In this document: in pieces, positions 59,041 to 62,000 of the stretch | How positions within the stretch are numbered: the stretch's first letter is position 1 | Layout: each line of letters starts with the position of its first letter | From: Vicugna vicugna | Taxonomy: Eukaryota | Direction of reading: 5' to 3' | DNA length: 62,000 bases | Assembly: GCA_013265495.1 (NCBI GenBank) | Contig: MU058252.1 | Coordinates: forward strand, 248,001-310,000 | Notes under the pieces: model-generated | Told to the model about the DNA's origin: nothing | Databases searched by the model: none | The model's input: the letters and a program-made list of their open reading frames with translations, nothing else | Made by a program: the position numbers and the translations under genes

Positions 59041-59910
59041 TGTCCCTTCGTCACTCAGAACCAGCACTCTACCCTCCCTCGGGACTCCAGGACGTCTCGA
59101 GTCCGCTAGAAGCACCCATAAGAGAACAGCCCCGAGGTCAGCAGCTGACGCGTTACTATGGATACCCCGGGGCGGGGGGCGTACAGCGCACACCCTCAAA
59201 ACGTCACTCCAGAGCCTACTCCAGCGGCGGTCACAGGACGGTGCCACATCCTGCTTGGCCCCAGGCCAGGACTGGGGGCGGGTTATAGGCGGCTCTCTCC
59301 AATCACAGCTCCAGAAGAAGACGAGCGAACAAGGTGTTCTCCAATCACAGCTTGCAACGAAATTGATGTTTCTTTCCGCCAATCATCGCCAAGTGGCGAG
59401 GGGGTTGTCGGGATGGGGGCCGGAGCCAACATGGAGCCCTCAATGGGATAAGGGTGAAACCGCTGCTGCTGGCTGCTCCTGTTCTCCCTCGACCATGCTG
59501 GTGCACTTATTTCGGGTCGGGATTCGGGGTGGCCCTGTCCCAGGCAGGCCGCTGCTACCCCTCCGCTTCCAGACATTCTCGGCCGTCAGGTAAAAAGGGA
59601 CAAACCTACGGGAGCGCGGGCCATTGACCTGCCGGCAGGGCGTGGGGCCTGCCGGGAGATAGAGTCCCGGGCTCGCGCGAGGCCTGCTGGGAGTTGTAGG
59701 CTGGCCCGGCCCAGAGCTGAATGTCACTCCCTGAGGGATTGGCCTCAATTATTTATAGCGACGACCCAGGTACCAGCAAGAGACTCGGCGCGTCTGTATC
59801 AGCACGTGTGGGCTGGACGGAGGGGACGCTCCGGGGTGGTGACCACTCCCGACCTGTACTCCCCACCAGGGGGCGCCATTTTGCACGGATGTTCGGGCCC
59901 CCGTTTCCTG
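59030..59910 (+). promoter_or_regulatory. ABCB8 promoter CpG island
   Basis: CCAAT boxes at 59299, 59341 and 59379; GC box ~59274; ZNF143/THAP11-type motif ctgggagttgtagg 59687-59700; CTCF core 59863-59876. Confidence 0.8.
59495..59589 (+). CDS. ABCB8: ABCB8 (mitochondrial ABC transporter / MITOSUR) coding exon 1, encoding the transit peptide
   Basis: gaccATG; MLVHLFRVGIRGGPVPGRPLLPLRFQTFSAVR; donor AG|gtaaaa; expected syntenic position; later exons not found within the window. Confidence 0.93.
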
Positions 59911-62000
59911 CCCCTGTCCTTGTTCTTGGAATTGGTCTTGCGATGTGGACAAAAATTATCGGTGTCCAGAGTCATTTAGTATTGCTGTTGTTCCCAAGAT
60001 TCAGTGTGAAATGGTTCCTAAATCTGGATACTTTCAGCAGAGTTAAAGAGTCAATTTAGTCAAGTGTATGTATGTGTTCTTGTATGTTGGCTCTACACGT
60101 TGGTCCTAAGAGGAAGAGACACAGGTGGGAAATGAACAAGGACTCTGAAACGGCGACTTACTGGTAAATACTTTATGAAAAGGGACTGATTCCTTTCTAC
60201 TCCTGGAGTGAAGAACCTGTGGGCCAGGCAGGCAGCAGATTCGCAGGGGCGGGTGGATGTGGACTTGTGCTGTATGAAAAGCCTATCTGATTGATGGAGG
60301 GCAAGAGCCAGGCGAAGTTGAAGCTACAAGTACCGGTGCTCAGAACTAATCCGCCAGTTCTTGGCAGGGACCGAGTACTGCTTAGAGCCTTAGTTTGGAG
60401 AAGATGAGAAAAGCTGGAAAGTGGCCATGAAAAATTATTCAAAGGCTTGAAAACAGTCTTTAGGAAAAGAGTAGGGGTGTTGATATTATTTAAACCAGAG
60501 AGAAACCCAAGGAAAGCCATCAAATAATATTCTAGTATTTGTATGTTCATTGGTGTTTTTCAGATGTGCAAATCACAATAGATCATGAAGTGAATTTAGT
60601 GAGTACAAACCATTTAAAAGTGAATATGATGGAATATGTGTTAAAAAGAAATTAGAGAAACTAGTTTTGTGAAGCATTTCAATTTTCTGTGACATATTGT
60701 GTTCACTATACTGGATTGCAATGTAAAATGTATTCCTTGCTGTTGTCGCAGTAAGTTTAAAACTTTGCAAATGCTGCAGTAGCGAGTCAGGTCAGATTGT
60801 TCTGCATTTCTAATGAGGGCTTGCATTCAACAAACATAACTATTGGCTGAATGATGTTATGTACCAGAGCTCTGCTAACTGCTAGGGATACAGTGGTGAA
60901 TAAGATAGAGCTTCCTGCCCCTCAAGGAATACATAGTCTAATGGGGAAATGAGACATTTACCCAGTGCAGAAGGAGAGTGAGCTTCTGTATCTAAGTTTT
61001 GGATAGACATAAAGTGCACAGTGGAAAAGACAGGTGGCTAGGGTGGGGGGAGGCATAATATAAAGGTAGCAGAGAAGCCCAGGCCTCACTGAGACAAGGG
61101 AAGGATGAGATGGAGTCTGCAGTTAGGTGGGTCTGGAAATTTGAAAGACCCTCATAGTAAAGGGAAAACCTCTCATCTGTTTGTTTTGAAGCCTTTCCCC
61201 ATCAATAATCCCATTTGGATCTTTGAGCATCCTACCATATATTCTCTCAGCTGAATAACTTCTGCCTCTAACAGGCCTCTCTATAACCACACCTGTCCTC
61301 CAGTCTCCTCCCCTCTGCTGTGATCTTCAAAATGCAAATCTGATTACGGACCTTTTGCCCCCTCAAGTCCAGGTCTTTTAAAAGGACTGTAATGACTCCC
61401 CCTACCCAGCCCCCCACCCATGGCAAGCTTTGTCATTAGCTATTTGTTCCCTCTTACCTGCCCCCAGCTCCAGACACACACACACTAAAGCTTAACCACC
61501 ACGAGGGTAGTTACTTGGTCTGTCCTGTTCACCTCCTATTCCCTGTGCCTCAGAGCAGAACACTGGCGCACAGTAGGCCTGCGACCCTACATTGCCACCT
61601 ATAGATACCAAAACTGCAGGAAGGAGGCGATCTTGGCCTGTGCAAGATGACAAGATACATTATTTGGATTTTTATTTCTTTTTCTATCTTCAGCAGACAG
61701 AGGAGTCTGTCACCCTTTCCTTCTGTGCATTGTCACATAAGCACTGTAGGCCTGGAAGGGAAGAGGCTGATGGGGTGTAGTAAGCTCAGGGGACTTGGGT
61801 CTAGTCCTGGCCCTGCGACACATCACCTGAGCTTATTACACAGGGCAGAGTAGAATGAGCCTGGATCCTGGAATCCGACAGCAGGGTTCCTCTCTCGTCC
61901 CAGTTCCGCTGCCTGGGAACAGATTATTTCAGTTTCTCAGCCTCACGTGATTTTTTTCGTCTATCAAGTGAGAATAACAGCGGCCCCCTCCCAGGGACGC

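Overview
Mammalian genomic DNA, probably camelid judging by two tRNA-derived Vic-1-like SINEs. It covers the conserved KCNH2-NOS3-ATG9B-ABCB8 syntenic block. Contents in order: the 5' end of KCNH2/hERG (minus strand; exons 1-3, gene continues off the left edge); the complete 26-exon NOS3/eNOS CDS (plus, 31293-48724, 3603 nt, 1200 aa, all introns GT-AG and in phase); the complete 13-exon ATG9B CDS (minus, 56924-50069, 2778 nt, 925 aa, including one U12 AT-AC intron), lying tail-to-tail with NOS3; and exon 1 of ABCB8 (plus), head-to-head with ATG9B. I found no evidence of a new multi-gene system. The main anomalies are: (1) KCNH2 exon 1 breaks off after MPVRRGHVAP at a TAG and has lost its normal 3' half and donor, although an adjacent ATG and GTAAGT donor are in phase with exon 2; (2) a perfect 150-bp tandem duplication spans the ATG9B start codon and promoter. 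Either could be an assembly artefact. Several lineage-specific NOS3 regulatory differences are also noted. Comparisons with human, bovine and mouse sequences are from memory, not from an alignment run here.
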